Below, piece by piece: positions 34,701-51,208 of a stretch of 64,000 bases of DNA. The DNA is from Phoronis australis (taxonomy: Eukaryota; Animalia; Phoronida). A model generated the notes under the pieces. It was not told the DNA's origin. It worked only from the letters and a program-made list of their open reading frames with translations, and did no database searches. The position numbers and the translations under genes are program-made. Position 1 is the first letter of the stretch. Each line of letters opens with the position of its first letter. The DNA is taken from contig NMRA01000235.1 of assembly GCA_002633005.1 (NCBI GenBank), positions 324,964 through 388,963 of the forward strand, in the 5' to 3' direction.

Positions 34701-35236
34701 TATAGTATTCTATAGGAAATCCTATAGGATCCAATAAGAATCCAATTGGATTTTGACCAGATATCCTATAGGATCCTATTGAATATTTTCGTATGGGATT
34801 TCTTTCTGCTCTACATCGTTGAAACTTTTAATGAAAATCGCAAAATACTTATTTTTGGTAGACCCTAATTTAAAAATGGAACATTTTAAAGCGAATCGTA
34901 GTAAAAGGGTATTTGGGAACAATCGCATCTGAAAGTTTCAATGAATCAGGTCAGCAGTATCATGTTTCTAAGTCGGCTAAATTTGGTCAATTTTAAAGGG
35001 TTCTAAGTAGCCTTAACCAGTGATACTATAATATTATGAAGAAAACGCTGGTCGTGACTGTCTACCGTTTGACCTTTTAGGAATGGAAGGAGACACTGCT
35101 GGCAAGTGAGAACAGGTTTGTTGAGTTTGAACAATACGAGCTGATTGAAGATACTCCTGGCATGAAAGGAGACGACGTGAAGGGTGACGCATTGGGCGGC
35201 ATGGCGGGCACATTCAGGAAACTCAATGTGGATTGA
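22739..35236 (+). CDS. CRAL-TRIO (Sec14-like) lipid-binding protein, clavesin / alpha-tocopherol transfer protein-like, 6 coding exons, about 310 aa
   Basis: Exons 22739-22874, 23825-24058, 26326-26519, 27541-27651, 29173-29274 and 35081-35236 have GT..AG introns in phase (933 nt). Motifs: ELGETPE, DDRFLLKFLRARKFD, ETQVNG, FPGRLKGINYINEP, LHFHG, ILPTVLGG and C-terminal GTFRKLNVD. The last intron contains the Gypsy element. Confidence 0.93.
24150..24690 (+). mobile_element. Decayed 3' end / pseudo-LTR of a Penelope-like element in CRAL-TRIO intron 2
   Basis: Frameshifted remnant resembling a GIY-YIG C-terminus (LKLVES..LILQL...LNS), followed by a hammerhead motif and a T-rich tail (...GTGCTACGATCGTCCGGTTTTTAATTTT). 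Boundaries are approximate. Confidence 0.5.
24597..24640 (+). ncRNA. Minimal type I hammerhead ribozyme of the Penelope-associated kind
   Basis: ATC-CTGATGA-T-GTCTA(ATGAA)TAGAC-GAAA-CGTT-GAT: the conserved CUGAnGA and GAAA cores, a 5-bp stem II, palindromic AACGTT in place of stem III, and a short stem I (ATC/GAT). Confidence 0.7.
25710..26163 (+). mobile_element. 3' end of an L2/CR1-group LINE
   Basis: ORF2 C-terminal motif KTETGKRSFIFAAAIMWNSFSPEIK, then a T-rich UTR, a terminal stem-loop GAGGGCCCTCTT...AAGAGGCCACCCTC and a (TAAA)n tail. Confidence 0.7.
30069..30236 (-). repeat. 3' LTR of the Gypsy element
   Basis: 168 bp, TGTTGTG...CACAACA, identical by eye to 34440-34607. Confidence 0.95.
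30445..34419 (-). CDS. Gag-Pol polyprotein of the Gypsy element, about 1324 aa
   Basis: Gag with zinc knuckles (CHRCGILNHFQSQC), protease LDTGA, RT YLDD, RNase H CDASPYGVG and integrase HHCC plus D,D,E (HIDYAG, SDNG, AEAAV), in Gypsy order. The start is taken at the ATG just after the PBS (MEDLAIKPF). Confidence 0.95.
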   Translation of the reverse strand: MEDLAIKPFILHPTESAGSRWELWIKRLDNYLVAKNITQDPRKKATLLHYAGEEVFVINDSLPTEENETYDQLKKKLSDHFSPKRNTEYEVYQFRQATQTTSETLDMFCARLRTLAKHCDFADVDREIKSQIIQKTTMEKVRHKGLTEPTISVADLLTYGRTQEAANQQGLAMAPQIVSTCTVTTNQVRGKQPVPHKQPYRHNHKRGNRGKAQKCVGCGGQCTDRRKCPAWGEKCHRCGILNHFQSQCRSKPTTKPQRGRANSTNWLGSDQSDRSIVYNNMYRIDSESAPSADPPHMVDVIINGQIVSMELDTGAKFSVVNEDVWSNICTNNEPLVDSHVILVGYGGAEVRSREAEVNVTQDNQEYRLPLLVTNSGPSLLGRNWLNRLRLDWKRVYTATNTVHELAVLQRYEELFRDELGKYTGGQVSLNVNPETTPVYMKARPVPYALREKVELELNRLINDGVLKSVSSSEWATPVVPVLKNSGDVRICGDYRSTLNKAGLVDKYPIPRIDDLFTKLAGGQIYSKLDLSHAYQQLELTEPSQKLTTLNTLSHGLLAYTRVPFGISSAPGLFQRTMEQVVRGIPMCTVYLDDILVAGRNAAEHKANLEQVLERLKNNGFRLKREKCVFNQTSVTYLGHRLDGAGIRPTKEKVTAIVQAPAPRNVSELRSYVGLLNYYHKFLDNASSVLAPLYALLRNGVKWRWGKRESDAFQHSKRLLTSTNLLVHYQPEYPLLLSCDASPYGVGAVLSHVLEDSSERPIAFASRTLAPAEKNYAQIDREALAIIFGVKHFHSYLYGRNFTIVTDHLPLLGILREGTAIPAMCSSRMKRWALMLSGYNYVLRHKSGQSNGNADALSRLPLECKPFQVPVPEEVVLSLTQMDFTPVTVSKIQRWTQQDPITSAVYRCVLQGFPDTANDLIAQYFSRRHELTVQDGCLLWGARVIIPPQGRTALLDELHGSHPGIVRMKNLARSYIWWPSIDVDIEQCVRQCQSCKENTQSPQHAKVHPWEWPGVPWHRIHIDYAGPMKNGKYILVIVDAHSKFIDAYITDSTSTEATVRKLRQCFATHGLPVMIVSDNGSGFASADFAKFCRNNGIKHTFSAPYHPASNGAAEAAVKIVKTGMARLEGDMETRLYTFLARHRITPHSATGRPPAELLMSRRPRSRLDLAVPDLRQRVLQKQSSAQRAHDTRDFCAGDTVLVRNFAGSPTWVPGMIIEQRGPVSFSVELSDKRIWRRHVDHIVRRTPEDNPSSTTFGPPPSNLPPPQAFVPPTRLTEQPSTPVVDPTADSNATTVRLPVENPPTDSSVVVTRSGRKSIQPDRLNF
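34440..34607 (-). repeat. 5' LTR of the Gypsy element
   Basis: 168 bp, identical by eye to 30069-30236, followed on the minus strand by the PBS. Confidence 0.95.
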
Positions 35237-35759
35237 TACATGTACAACCATTCGCATAGGACCATCTCAGACCAGTGCAACGGTGCCAGCTCACGCTTCT
35301 CTCAAGTCGAGAACAATTGAATGAACTAGCGCCTAATATTTTGTCACACTGCCTTTATTGATGTGATTTGTTAGTTCAGCCATACATGTATATATTATGG
35401 TTAACGTGAAGCATACAGCACAGGTTGTAGCTATCCACCTGCGCTGTCAGGAAAGCTAAACATAACCATATATTCTGCCGAACGCACGGACTTTTCTCGC
35501 TGTTTTGTCAGTGCAAAACGCCTTGTTCATTAGTAATATCAATAATGTATCAAGCGTAAAGCGTTGATATCGCTTTGGAAAAAGAGACGTTTCATTTGCT
35601 TATGAAGCATGTTTGCGTAATCAGTGTTGCGTATAGTTGACAACGATTATGTAGCTATTGGATACGCAAGGCTGGGAAGCTTAATTAGTTCGCCATAGGT
35701 AAGGGTAAAGTTTGTACTTTTTCAAAAATTAAATGTGAACTCTATCATGTAGAAAACAT

Positions 35760-36750
35760 ACATAATATGCAGTCATTTGCAGACTTATGACTTGATGCAG
35801 TTTACTGAATAGTTGAATAAGCCGGGTATGCTTGTGTTGGTGGACTTTGAAAAGGCGTTTGACTCATTGCCTTAATGTTTTATTGTCATTATGTTCTAAA
35901 TTTCTTTAATTTTGGTGACTCAATAAAAACGTGTCCATGTACTAAAAAGGAGGGGTAAAGACAATGTGTTACACAGAGCGATGATGTACATCGAACTTTT
36001 TGAAATAGGTTGTGGTTGCAGCTAAGCAAGGTAGTCGGTTATCACTATGCCTTTTTATTTTATGTGCAGATATTATGGGATGGCTTTTAGACTGGACAAC
36101 AGTGTTAAGGGCACTCGGGTAGGATCGGTGGAATATAAACTGTTGCAGTTTGCATATGATACGGTTTTATCTTTAGATGGCTCGTAGCACTCTCTGCGGA
36201 ATACACTCCACATTTTAAACCAATTGGAAAATATTCTGGTCTAAAGCCTAATGTGGAAAGCAACAATTTGTATTTGAATAGGTTCTATGAAGGGTAGCTA
36301 TCAAAATGTGCCGTGACCTAAAAATGAAATGGACAACGTCAGAATTCATGTCACTGAATATTGTACTTTCAAGTGATTTAAATGAAATTCTCAACATTAA
36401 TTTTAAAAGCAAGCTTGATAACAAAAAGGCTGTAAACATTTGAGAAAAAGGAACTTGACACTTTTTGGAAGAATTACAGTTGTGAAATTGATAACGTATA
36501 CATCTTTTAACAAATCTCTCGTCCCGTCCGCAGACCTTCCTGGTGCAGCCGGACAAAATGTTTTGTTTTGTATGGAACGATAAACGGAAATAAATGTCGC
36601 AAGCGTATGGCTCAAGAGCATAATGTTGGTGGAGCCAGAATGATTGACGTCACTTCTTTTATAGAGCAATTAAATTGACTTGGTTTCGTTGACTACTTTG
36701 TCAGGTTTTTGCTAGTCTATCGGTAGTCACTTGTTTGAACTTATGTTAAT
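35760..36750 (+). mobile_element. Degenerate L1/Tx1-group LINE reverse transcriptase fragment
   Basis: Stop- and frameshift-ridden motifs: YDLMQFTE*LNKPGMLVLVDFEKAFDSL, FFNFGDS, LFILCADIMG, KGTRVGSVEYKLLQFAYDTVLSLDGS (QYADD equivalent), ISGLKPN. Confidence 0.8.
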
Positions 36751-37951
36751 ATTTGGCTCACAGTTTATAATAACCCAGTTCTGTTTGGTGCTCGTGTGGA
36801 AGCTATTTTACACAGTGTGGTTTTTTGTCTTGGCAAGTTCCATAATTATAAGCAGCCTTTAAAATTTATAAATCCCAGCCTTGCTCGATTTCAAAAAGAT
36901 GTTGCAATGTACATTTCCACATGCGTATACATATACAAAATTAAATACGGTGGCAAGGTCTTCATCTCTTTTGTTTTTCTACGATGACTGACACACAGCC
37001 TGTAGGCCTACTTACATGTATTTAATGCTAACTGCATACAATAGCGCAGCATTGTACATACGTTGACCTTGACAGTTTCTCGACTAAAACACTGAAAAGT
37101 AATTATTTAGCTGTGGTGATGACGCTGTTATATGTGTGATCTGTCACCGTACTTGAATAAGTTATTGGAAAAAAGTTGTTACATTTCGCTACGTCTAAAA
37201 TGCAGGGTGGTAAAGACGTCATGCGCATATCACTAACTGCACCAACCACCACCATCTCTGTTCCATAGTAGTGACCCCCCTCAACAAAAAGCCAGACATC
37301 AAAGTCCAGGGGTTGTGATGCGGTAAGTTTGCGACCACCATTGTATTCTCAATCATACACCAGTAAAGCTTCGGTATACAGCAGTTACCCTTTGTTAGAG
37401 CGTTGACCAAATTCCTGTAGGCCCTACACCATTGAATTAAGGTTGAAGAAAACTGTGCACCCCTTCAAAATTAACCACTCATAAAATGCGCAAAAGGGAC
37501 CCTTTGTAGATCCGTCAAATGTACCTACCTAGTGGCAAAATAACGGTGAATAGATAATCGTGCATGCAGGACACGTGACCGTGACGGTGAGTAACCCGGC
37601 GTGCATGAAGGACATGTAGCGGTGAATAGATAGGCGTGCATGGAGGACATGTAGCGGTGTAACCGTGCATGCAGAACAAGTGAAAGTCCTTACAAAACTG
37701 GCTAGTGTGCGGCCGTATGCCTGAAGTACTCTTCGGGTTATAAGGCTTACATAAACACCAAACAGACCTTGGATTTATCAGAATTCCTCACAAGAAAGTT
37801 TTGTATTCACTTGTTAAATGATACAGAATTTGTTGAATACACGACACTTTTCATTTTTCACGGTCTTTATTCCGTTGCGTTCATACTTTCTGAACAAAAC
37901 TCTACTCTCTACTGAACATAGATACAGTAACTGACCTAGCGACATAATTAA

Positions 37952-38878
37952 AAAGATGTTCCTCTACGGCCGATAATATCCCAAGTCCTGACGCCCACGT
38001 ACAAGACAGCGAAGCATCTCGATAAAATCATAAAGCCGTACATTCAGAGCCGTTACTCCATTAAATGTCGTGAGGATTTTATTGACATTTTGCGCACACA
38101 AGTGCCATCCCCCCACTACCAACCTATGTCGCTTGACGCTGAGTCTTTGTTCACCAACGTGCCGGTGGATGAGACCATTACTATCATTTTGGATAATGTA
38201 TACCGTCACCCACATTTAAAGCCACCCGACATTTCACCTACTCATTTGAGAGAGTTGTTAACCATCTGCACAACCAAAGTACCATTTCGCCATATAAATG
38301 GGAAATTGTTTTTGCAAAAAGATGGTGTGAGCATGGGCTCTCCTCTGGGTCCCACTTTCTCGGAATTTTATATGTCTGAAGTGGAAAAGAGGGCTAGCAA
38401 TGTGATTGGTGGTATTCCTATCTATGTACGTTATGTAGATGATATTTTTGTTTATTGTGCCTTTGATGACTTGTTATCAGTACGTGATGAACTTGAGCGC
38501 CACTCTGTATTGAAGTTTACCCACGAGCTTCCTGTAAATGACAAGATTCCGTTTTTGGACGTTCTTGTGAACCATTCTCCGTCTGAATTTTCTACATCAG
38601 TTTACCACAAGCCCACTGATAAAGGTTTCTGTCTCCACGCCAAAAGTGAGTGCCCTGAGCGGTATAAGGTCGCCGTTGTGGTCAACTTCCTAAAGAGGGC
38701 GTATTCGGTGTCGTCTAACTGGCTATTGTTCAATCAAGAGGTAGATCGCATAAGACAAACACTGGTGAATAATGGGTATACCAATGCTTTCGTGGACTTC
38801 CATATTAAGCGATTTATGTCCAGAATTAGCTATGAAGTCCCTGCACGTCGGACTGGTGTCACCAAAAAGATATTTTAC
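37952..38878 (+). mobile_element. Penelope-like element reverse transcriptase, 5'-truncated, 3' end lost in an assembly gap
   Basis: Open frame KDVPLRPIISQ..TPTY, SLDAESLFTNVPVDETI, QKDGVSMGSPLGPTFSEFYM, YVRYVDDIF, LKFTHE..IPFLDV, SVYHKPTD, SECPERYK, LVNNGY. These are PLE RT and thumb motifs. It ends at the N run 38879-38894. Confidence 0.9.
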
Positions 38879-41168
38879 NNNNNNNNNNNNNNNNGGCGGG
38901 GGGAGCCCGGCGGGCAAACCATAGGTCCAATATGCAGTGTCGATTGCTGAGTATTCTTCTCAGTGGAATGGGCCACTAGGAAATTTAAGCATTTTAGTGG
39001 TTACTTAATAATCATAAGTTTCCTGGATACAATAAGATGCATCTATTTTATTCTTTAGCTGATTACACTCGCACGACACCGACTCCCACAGTGTTCACCA
39101 CGACACTGAGTTTACATAGACACCACCAGAGGACATTGCATCAAAACGGATATAGGGGTCGCTGCCAAGGCGTGTCGTTTCTAAGGAGGTGCACATATTT
39201 TTATTTGCTTGCCAGTAACACGAATGATTGATCACTTTTTTGTTCTGATTGCTTTTTTGCATGAGTAATCGCAAAGGCGTATTGGTTTGGCGAGTTTCTG
39301 CTTATAGCTAGCGAAACAATTTTGCTTTTGTCTTCTTTGACGACCATTTCATCTGATCCGCTGCATTGCCTGGCTCACGGTCAAAAGTCAGGCTCGCTCG
39401 GCCAGCTCTGACGATAATTCTGTGTATTGGGAGCTTGGATATCTTCATTTGCGATTGCCAAAGTAAGATTACTATCTATGTGCTTTTATTTCCAAGCTAA
39501 CAACAGCGATTTGGGAGGTTTGGTCTATTTGTGCTTCGCTTTGCTGCTGTAGCAGTGTATAGCAAGTTAGTTCTGTTTTTAATTGGTTCCTACTGTTTCA
39601 GTCTTTCAGTGCCACATCCGCTGGGTAATGCTGCAGGCTGCAGATTGGTAATCCTCCTCAGTTGCTTGCCAATTGAGAAATATCTTCTGAAGCTAGAGAT
39701 AACTTATGAGTGAAAATAATGAAATCCATTGAACCCAAACAAAAGATTGGGTCTTTTAAACCCGTGTTCAATAAAATAAAACAACACAACACTGATCATT
39801 GGTCTTAAATTGTTCAGTGTTTAACTTAGAGAAGATTTCATGACTTCTCAAAAACTGATAATTTGTTATTTATGAAGACCAGGCACACTAACATGTGATA
39901 CACTTTAGTCTAAACAAGCGGTCAAAGCTCTATTGTATGCCGAAAAATCACTGCTCATCTGTTGGTATGAATTTTATATCAGTAAGTGGTCTTAACAGAA
40001 AATTCTTTAATGTTGCTTTTTAACCCTCTTGTCAATAAATGTGTGTTTTGTGGTATTTGAATTTTTCAGGATCAATTGACCAGCAGAGCCTCAAATTCAT
40101 GAGTCAATTTATAGAGGTCGTATAGGTCACGTTAGAAGTTCACATGATTGGGTCTGCTGTGTTTGTAATTGATTGGCCCATAAGTGATTATACTCTGTAC
40201 AAGTTAACGAGACATGTAAATCCCTATTTTGGCTACTTTTACAATGGGTGTAAGGAAACACTCAGGGAAAAATGTATGGGGTACGTGCATTGCGGAAATC
40301 GATGGCAACCAAGTTAGAACGCAAAGTAATTGTTATTCCTCTCATAATGATAAATCATCGTGAGAGACCATACAGAGTTGGTATATGGTACAACTCTGGA
40401 TGGTCAGGGATCAACAGACAACCACAGTTCAACTGTGAGTCTTCACCAAGGTGATAAACGAGTGTAGTTCTGCTTGCTGCTTCAGCTGCAGGTATCATCT
40501 CTTTCATGACACACAATGTGTGACTGCTGGACAAAGTCTTTTCAATTTAGTGTAAATAAGCCAGTGGAGTGTGACACCCATAAGGTCCATGTCAAGTCCT
40601 CACAATTCCATGTTATGTGATCAACCATGCATAATTTTTACCTTGTTTTATGTTAAGACACTGACATGTCTCTGACGTTGTAAGCATGGTGAGGTTTGCC
40701 TATAATTGCTATGTTAAACTAGGAATTTATGAGAAATATTTTCGTGGTTGGAAAAGACGTGGTTAACAACAATTTCGATATGCCAGCAGTCAGGCCCAAG
40801 ATTAGAGATGACGAGCAACAATAATGCAAGACGTGCTCCTAAAATCAGTATCCCTGGATTGATTTTTTATATTTAAGGTGATGTTAAAACCATTTTACCA
40901 GATTTTTTGCATATACTGAAAACGTTCATTGCAAGCCAGTTGTTGTTCTGATGGTAATGACCTGTGACCTTTATAATATGTAATGTGACCTACGTAATAT
41001 ACTTATTTCTGACAGAAACACTATGAGGGAAGTAATTTTGAGTGTGGTTACTATCAGTTATTTGTAGGTATTCCTTCCCTGACATAATTAGTCGCTGATT
41101 TTATTTTGGAAATACTTAAGGGAAACTGTCTTGCAATTCCTTACAGAAACTTTGCCCTCAGCTTTTGT

Positions 41169-41320
41169 TTGCAGTAGGAGAATGTACACATATTGCCTTG
41201 TCACCAGTAGGCAACATGGTTACAGTAGGAGTGTACACATATTGCCTTGTCACCAGTAGGCAACATGGTTGCAGTAGGAGTGTACACATATTGCCTTGTC
41301 ACCAGTAGACAACATGGTTG
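41169..41320. repeat. 49-bp tandem repeat, 3 copies
   Basis: GCAGTAGGAGTGTACACATATTGCCTTGTCACCAGTAGGCAACATGGTT. Confidence 0.9.
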
Positions 41321-42514
41321 CTCCGGCTGCTGCAAAGAAGAGTGGCAATGGTCCTGATTTAATTATTGATAAAACATTTATGAAGGCTTTGTCAGTAAAC
41401 GCAATAGATGGATAGCAAATTCACTGACTAAATTATAGTAAGATTACTTTGCTTTCATTGTACTTTTGTCATAAATATGCAGACTATGCATGTCAGGGTT
41501 TCCAATGCTGCATGGCATCATAAATTCCCAATAACGTATATTCTGGCATTGTTGCAACAAGTATGTTGGCAAGGCAACAACTTTTTTAGTCAGTAATTGC
41601 AGCTGGTACAAGGATTGAATTTAACTTAAATGTATATATATATATTTATATGTATATAATATAAAGAACAGAAGACACTTCAAAGGGCAAATTTTTCACG
41701 CAAGTTTTATTTTGTTGGGGTTTTAGGTTTTCAGTATACCAAACTTTAACAAGTTAAACAAGTTATTATCTTCTGCTCCGTGTTGGCAAGTTGCCAGGGA
41801 GGATTATCAACCCACCCTCTATAGCACTACCCTTGTAGCGTGAAGTTAGTGGATCCACTAGTTCTCAAGCAGAGCATTATCTCACTCAGTCTCACCTCTG
41901 GCCATCTAATGCCACCACATCACTCATTGTGGTAACTGCACAGCACAAACATTTGTTCTGGCCAGACATCTTGATTCCACCATTGGTCTGGATGTGGTTT
42001 CCTGAATTCCACGAGATGTCCTTAGAACTATCCGCTGTGAATGGATAGTGCAGTGCTACATTTATATTGCAACTTGACCGTTCATCTCTTTGTACTTGCA
42101 GTATGTTGAGTAAGCATAAGGAAAGGAGCTGTAGGGTTTCACCGCTGGTTTGACCACTAGATGGCGACGCTGAGACTTTGATTGTGAGTATTCCCTCCCC
42201 GGAAGTTGATCAATGCATAATCAATCAAATTTGAACATGAACTTTTGTTTACTTGATCTTAAAGCTAATTATTTACAAGGTACCTAGCATGCTGTGTAGG
42301 TTCAGCATCAAATGCTGACTTTGTTCAAGTATTTCGGTGTAGATATCAGCTATCACATTCACTAACTTTCATTGTATAAAATGGCAAAATTGAAATTCCT
42401 ACCATGTTCTCTATTCAGCTATTTCCAGGCCTAGAAATCAAAATTGGTTTGACTAAAGAACAATTGGAGATCAATTTTGTAATTGTAAGTCGTCTTAATC
42501 AAAATACTGCATGA

Positions 42515-47579
<5,065 letters not shown>

Positions 47580-48477
47580 GGGGTTTAGTGGGGCACTTAC
47601 CGATCATAGAGATGAAATAATAGTGACAGTTCACCAAGATGACATAATACTTGGCCACAGAGAGGAAAGAATTTCAATATGCAAGAGGGAGAATGTAAGT
47701 CAGAGACGACGTGGTGAGAAGATTACAGAGAGGAAGTAAAATGACGTCACTACTGACCGCCATATGATATCAAGTCACAGACCAGAAGACATAATATTAA
47801 GTCACATAATTTGAGCAGCTGTGTAGCTTCTTGGTATCATTCATGTTTTTTTGCTAACATTTACCAAATATATACATGTGCAGTCACTCTTAGGTAAATT
47901 TAAATTCTGATCCTAGACCTTTCATCACAGGAACACTGCTAATTTGTAAACAAATTCCACTATTTTCCCCAAGCCATTTTTTCGACTAATATGACGAAGT
48001 GGAGTCATTTACAACCGGTAGTAAATTTCATCTAGTCATGTGTTCTCAACAGTTAATTAATATTTTCATAAAACAGAAAATTTGCGTTTTCTTAAAATTG
48101 TCAGTTTTTTGTTGTTTTGCAGTTTCCACTTATTGGCTGAAGTCATCTCAACATTCGTGTTGCTGTGTGCTATCTTTTTATACCAGAAAAATCATTGTGA
48201 AAGTTGATTTTATCGATATTTTTGATTGCTATCTCCAAAACCAATGATAGTTCATTATTCTCAGATAGAGGAATTCCTATTTTTTAAGGAATTTGTAATA
48301 TGTAATTTTTCACTTTTTAACTGAAAATAAAATGACAACTTTTAAGTTAAAATCTTAGGGTTAGAAAAGTAGTTTGATGTAAAAGGTACTCGTTAGATAC
48401 TCCGACGTAAACAGTCTGTCCGTCTTTCCATGTTCCTGTTCAACTTTTGTAAAAAATATTTTACACATATTTTGGAG

Positions 48478-48723
48478 CATGACAGCGTTTTCTCGTTCAG
48501 TGACCTTACCAGACGAAGGGGGTTCTGAGCGTGTCATAACATGTAGCTTCTTTGTTAACTGCCAAGCACAGTCTTTTGTCTGATATGACAACAGGCAGGT
48601 CAATTATCTACCAGGCTTATTACAGACCAGGTGTGAACACCGTCAAACCCAGAGTGAATTGGTACAATCAGAAAGAATAGATTATCGTACCTTCGATTGC
48701 AGTTGCGCGATTTTGGCGATTCA
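48478..48723 (+). repeat. Interspersed repeat (about 245 bp), copy 2
   Basis: Inverted homologue of 8555-8800. Confidence 0.85.
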
Positions 48724-50289
48724 TGATCACCATTAGACAAGTTTTTGTTAATCACATAATTTAAAAAGATAACTGGTATTTGAAGTTCACTGGTATCATG
48801 CTGTGGTAATTAAAAAAAACTGATCGATACATGGCTGAGAAATAATGCTGCTGACGGACCTTGATCACGGCCACCGCCTGTCTGTGAGCTAAGACGAATA
48901 CGTTTGAATTTCTGACATTAATCAGCATGGATTCTTTTGGTCAAGGTGTTTTGGACAATAATGTGCAACTGCAAGTTAAAGCGGTTTGTTGGCAACTCGC
49001 CAATTTTCACATATTGTCATCCAGGCGACAGTGTGTTGGCCTTCACAGCATATATTCTTGCCACTTGTTGCATGTTTGAGCCGACACTATGATAAGATAC
49101 CGGGTCGAGTACGACGATATATGCAGTCGGCTCGTGTTGACACATATTATCGCCTCTTACAGTGGCGCGGGATCTAGGAGACCAGAAGGTGCTCTAGTTC
49201 CTAGTTTTGGTTACACTTATTGTCGTAGCTCGCTATATAAATATAGACAATCTAAATCCGTGGTCATGACCATAATATATAGGATAACGGTAAATAGGTA
49301 GACACTCTAAATCCATGACCATAAATATAGAATAGTGTGCTACATATATAGACATTCTAAATCCATGGCCATAACCATAATGTAGACTAGCGCACTTACC
49401 CCTGTGTGTAAATCCGACGCTTCCAAGTATTCACGAGGGAAGCTGAGATTCCTAGTTCATCAAAAAACAAAAAAACAAAAACATTCTTGCACGACACAGC
49501 CATTTGACTCAACCAAAAATTTGAAAAAATACAGTAGGATAGCCGCCATCAAAAGGGTGGAATCTTGAAGAACGTGAAGACAGTTACTTGTGAATTACAC
49601 GAAAGGACTATTTCCGATGGTTACTTATAAAATAAAGTTACTGTTTCCGGTAGTATCACAAGAATAGTACCTCTTTTGACGAAGATTACTATGAGTTATT
49701 TGTAAGGAATTCCCACTTGTGGAAAAGACTGCTGTCTAGGCGACTATTTGTAACGATCGTGTACATGTGGTGGCGATGGGGGAGTTATTAGGCGACGTCG
49801 AAATGGTTTGTGCCCCCCCAATAATTTTTGCCTTCCACCGGGCGTGTACTATGAAATGCGTTTTCAAAACTAAACAAAAAAATGAAGTAGAAATATTATT
49901 GACAATTTTAATTTGTTAATATACCCTGAAAATTTGCACCTGACCAGAACACATAAATCACAAAAAGTCCCGAACTTGTCACAATATATTTGGGATTAGG
50001 AGAGTAATATACATTACAAATGCTCATACACAGCAATATACAAATCCACTTATACACAAATAAAGATAAAACAGATACACGAGTATACATACACTACATA
50101 CACAAGTTTCACATACACAGCTACTCACATATTCACTTATACACATCTACAAATACTACACATATATAGCTATATATAGCTATACATAGCTATATATATA
50201 TATATATATACTACACATACACATGTTTACCTGTATACATGTAAATATATGCATGAATAAAGATATACTGTTCCTCATCAATCCAAACT

Positions 50290-51208
50290 CGGACCATTCG
50301 ATACTTTCTTGGGGTTCACGAATTTACTCCAATCGCCGCAATGAATGGAGATATGGGGTGGATACCTGGTATAGTTCGCAAGAAATTGTGTATATGAAAG
50401 CTCTGGAATAGACTTGCACGCTTAATAATCATCTCTCAAAGAAAGTATTTAACTGGGATCTCGCATACAGGAAGGACAATTGGTAAAATCTGTTTTTCAA
50501 ATTTTTACTGAGGTTGATCAGATTGAAGCATTTTATCAAACGTCAGCTTGTGATCTGGAAATTGCCAAAATGAAACTTATAAATCTTTTCAAATCTGAAT
50601 GGAGAGCGGAAATTTTGAGCAAACCCGAGCTAAGAATTTATAAATCATTTAATTAAAACTAAGTATCAAACATAATTTTATCTGAAATTTTGCATTTCTA
50701 GAGGAAAGAAATCCCTTTTTCTCAGTTTAGATCTTGAGTCTTCTCGCTGAAAGTGGAAACTGGCCTTTTTAGTATTTTTCATACTCCGGTTCAGGAACGT
50801 TTGTGTGTTCTTTGTACTGCCCATGAGTAGAGGAGGGAATACATTTCCTTTGCTTTGTTGCGATCTCTGCACTGATGTCAGAACAGAGATCATTTTGATG
50901 TGTCCCTCATTTGGTGAGCTAGACATTCAGAAGCAGTTTGTTGTCCTGATGACGAACACCACTGTGTGTAAATTAGTTATCAGTTTTATTTGTAATGCGT
51001 TTTCAAGCGAAAAAGGTTGGTATTTTTATTTAATTAATAATAATTGAGAATGTTGGGCTGATTTTCCTTTCGTTTTGTCGTTGTATACCTGTATTCGCTG
51101 CCAATTTTTTATAAGTTCTCTTTGGAAATGGTGACGTATAAGCCCGAGTTGTGGTTGGGTAGCAATTGCTATATGACACTAAAATTAATGATTGATTGAT
51201 TGATTGAT
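50290..51208 (+). mobile_element. Degenerate 3' part of a non-LTR retrotransposon (RTE-X or CR1-like)
   Basis: IRYFLGVHEFTPIAAMNGDMGWIP, KPELRIYKSF, a decayed C-terminal zinc knuckle (ERLCVLC...HFL..CDLC) and a (GATT)n tail at about 51190-51208. The clade assignment is tentative. Confidence 0.7.

Larger units (their letters stand above)
30020..34797. mobile_element. Palindrome-rich MITE (about 235 bp once the Gypsy insertion is removed), split into 30020-30068 and 34613-34797
   Basis: Imperfect terminal inverted repeats (g)CCTTACGAACAATTCCAATAGGA and TCCTATTGAATATTTTCGTATGGG. The interior is built of TCCTATAGGA palindromes. The unit ATAGGAAATCCTATAGGATCCAATA.GA.TCCAATTGGATTTTG occurs intact at about 34712-34755 and also split across the Gypsy TSD. 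Confidence 0.7.
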
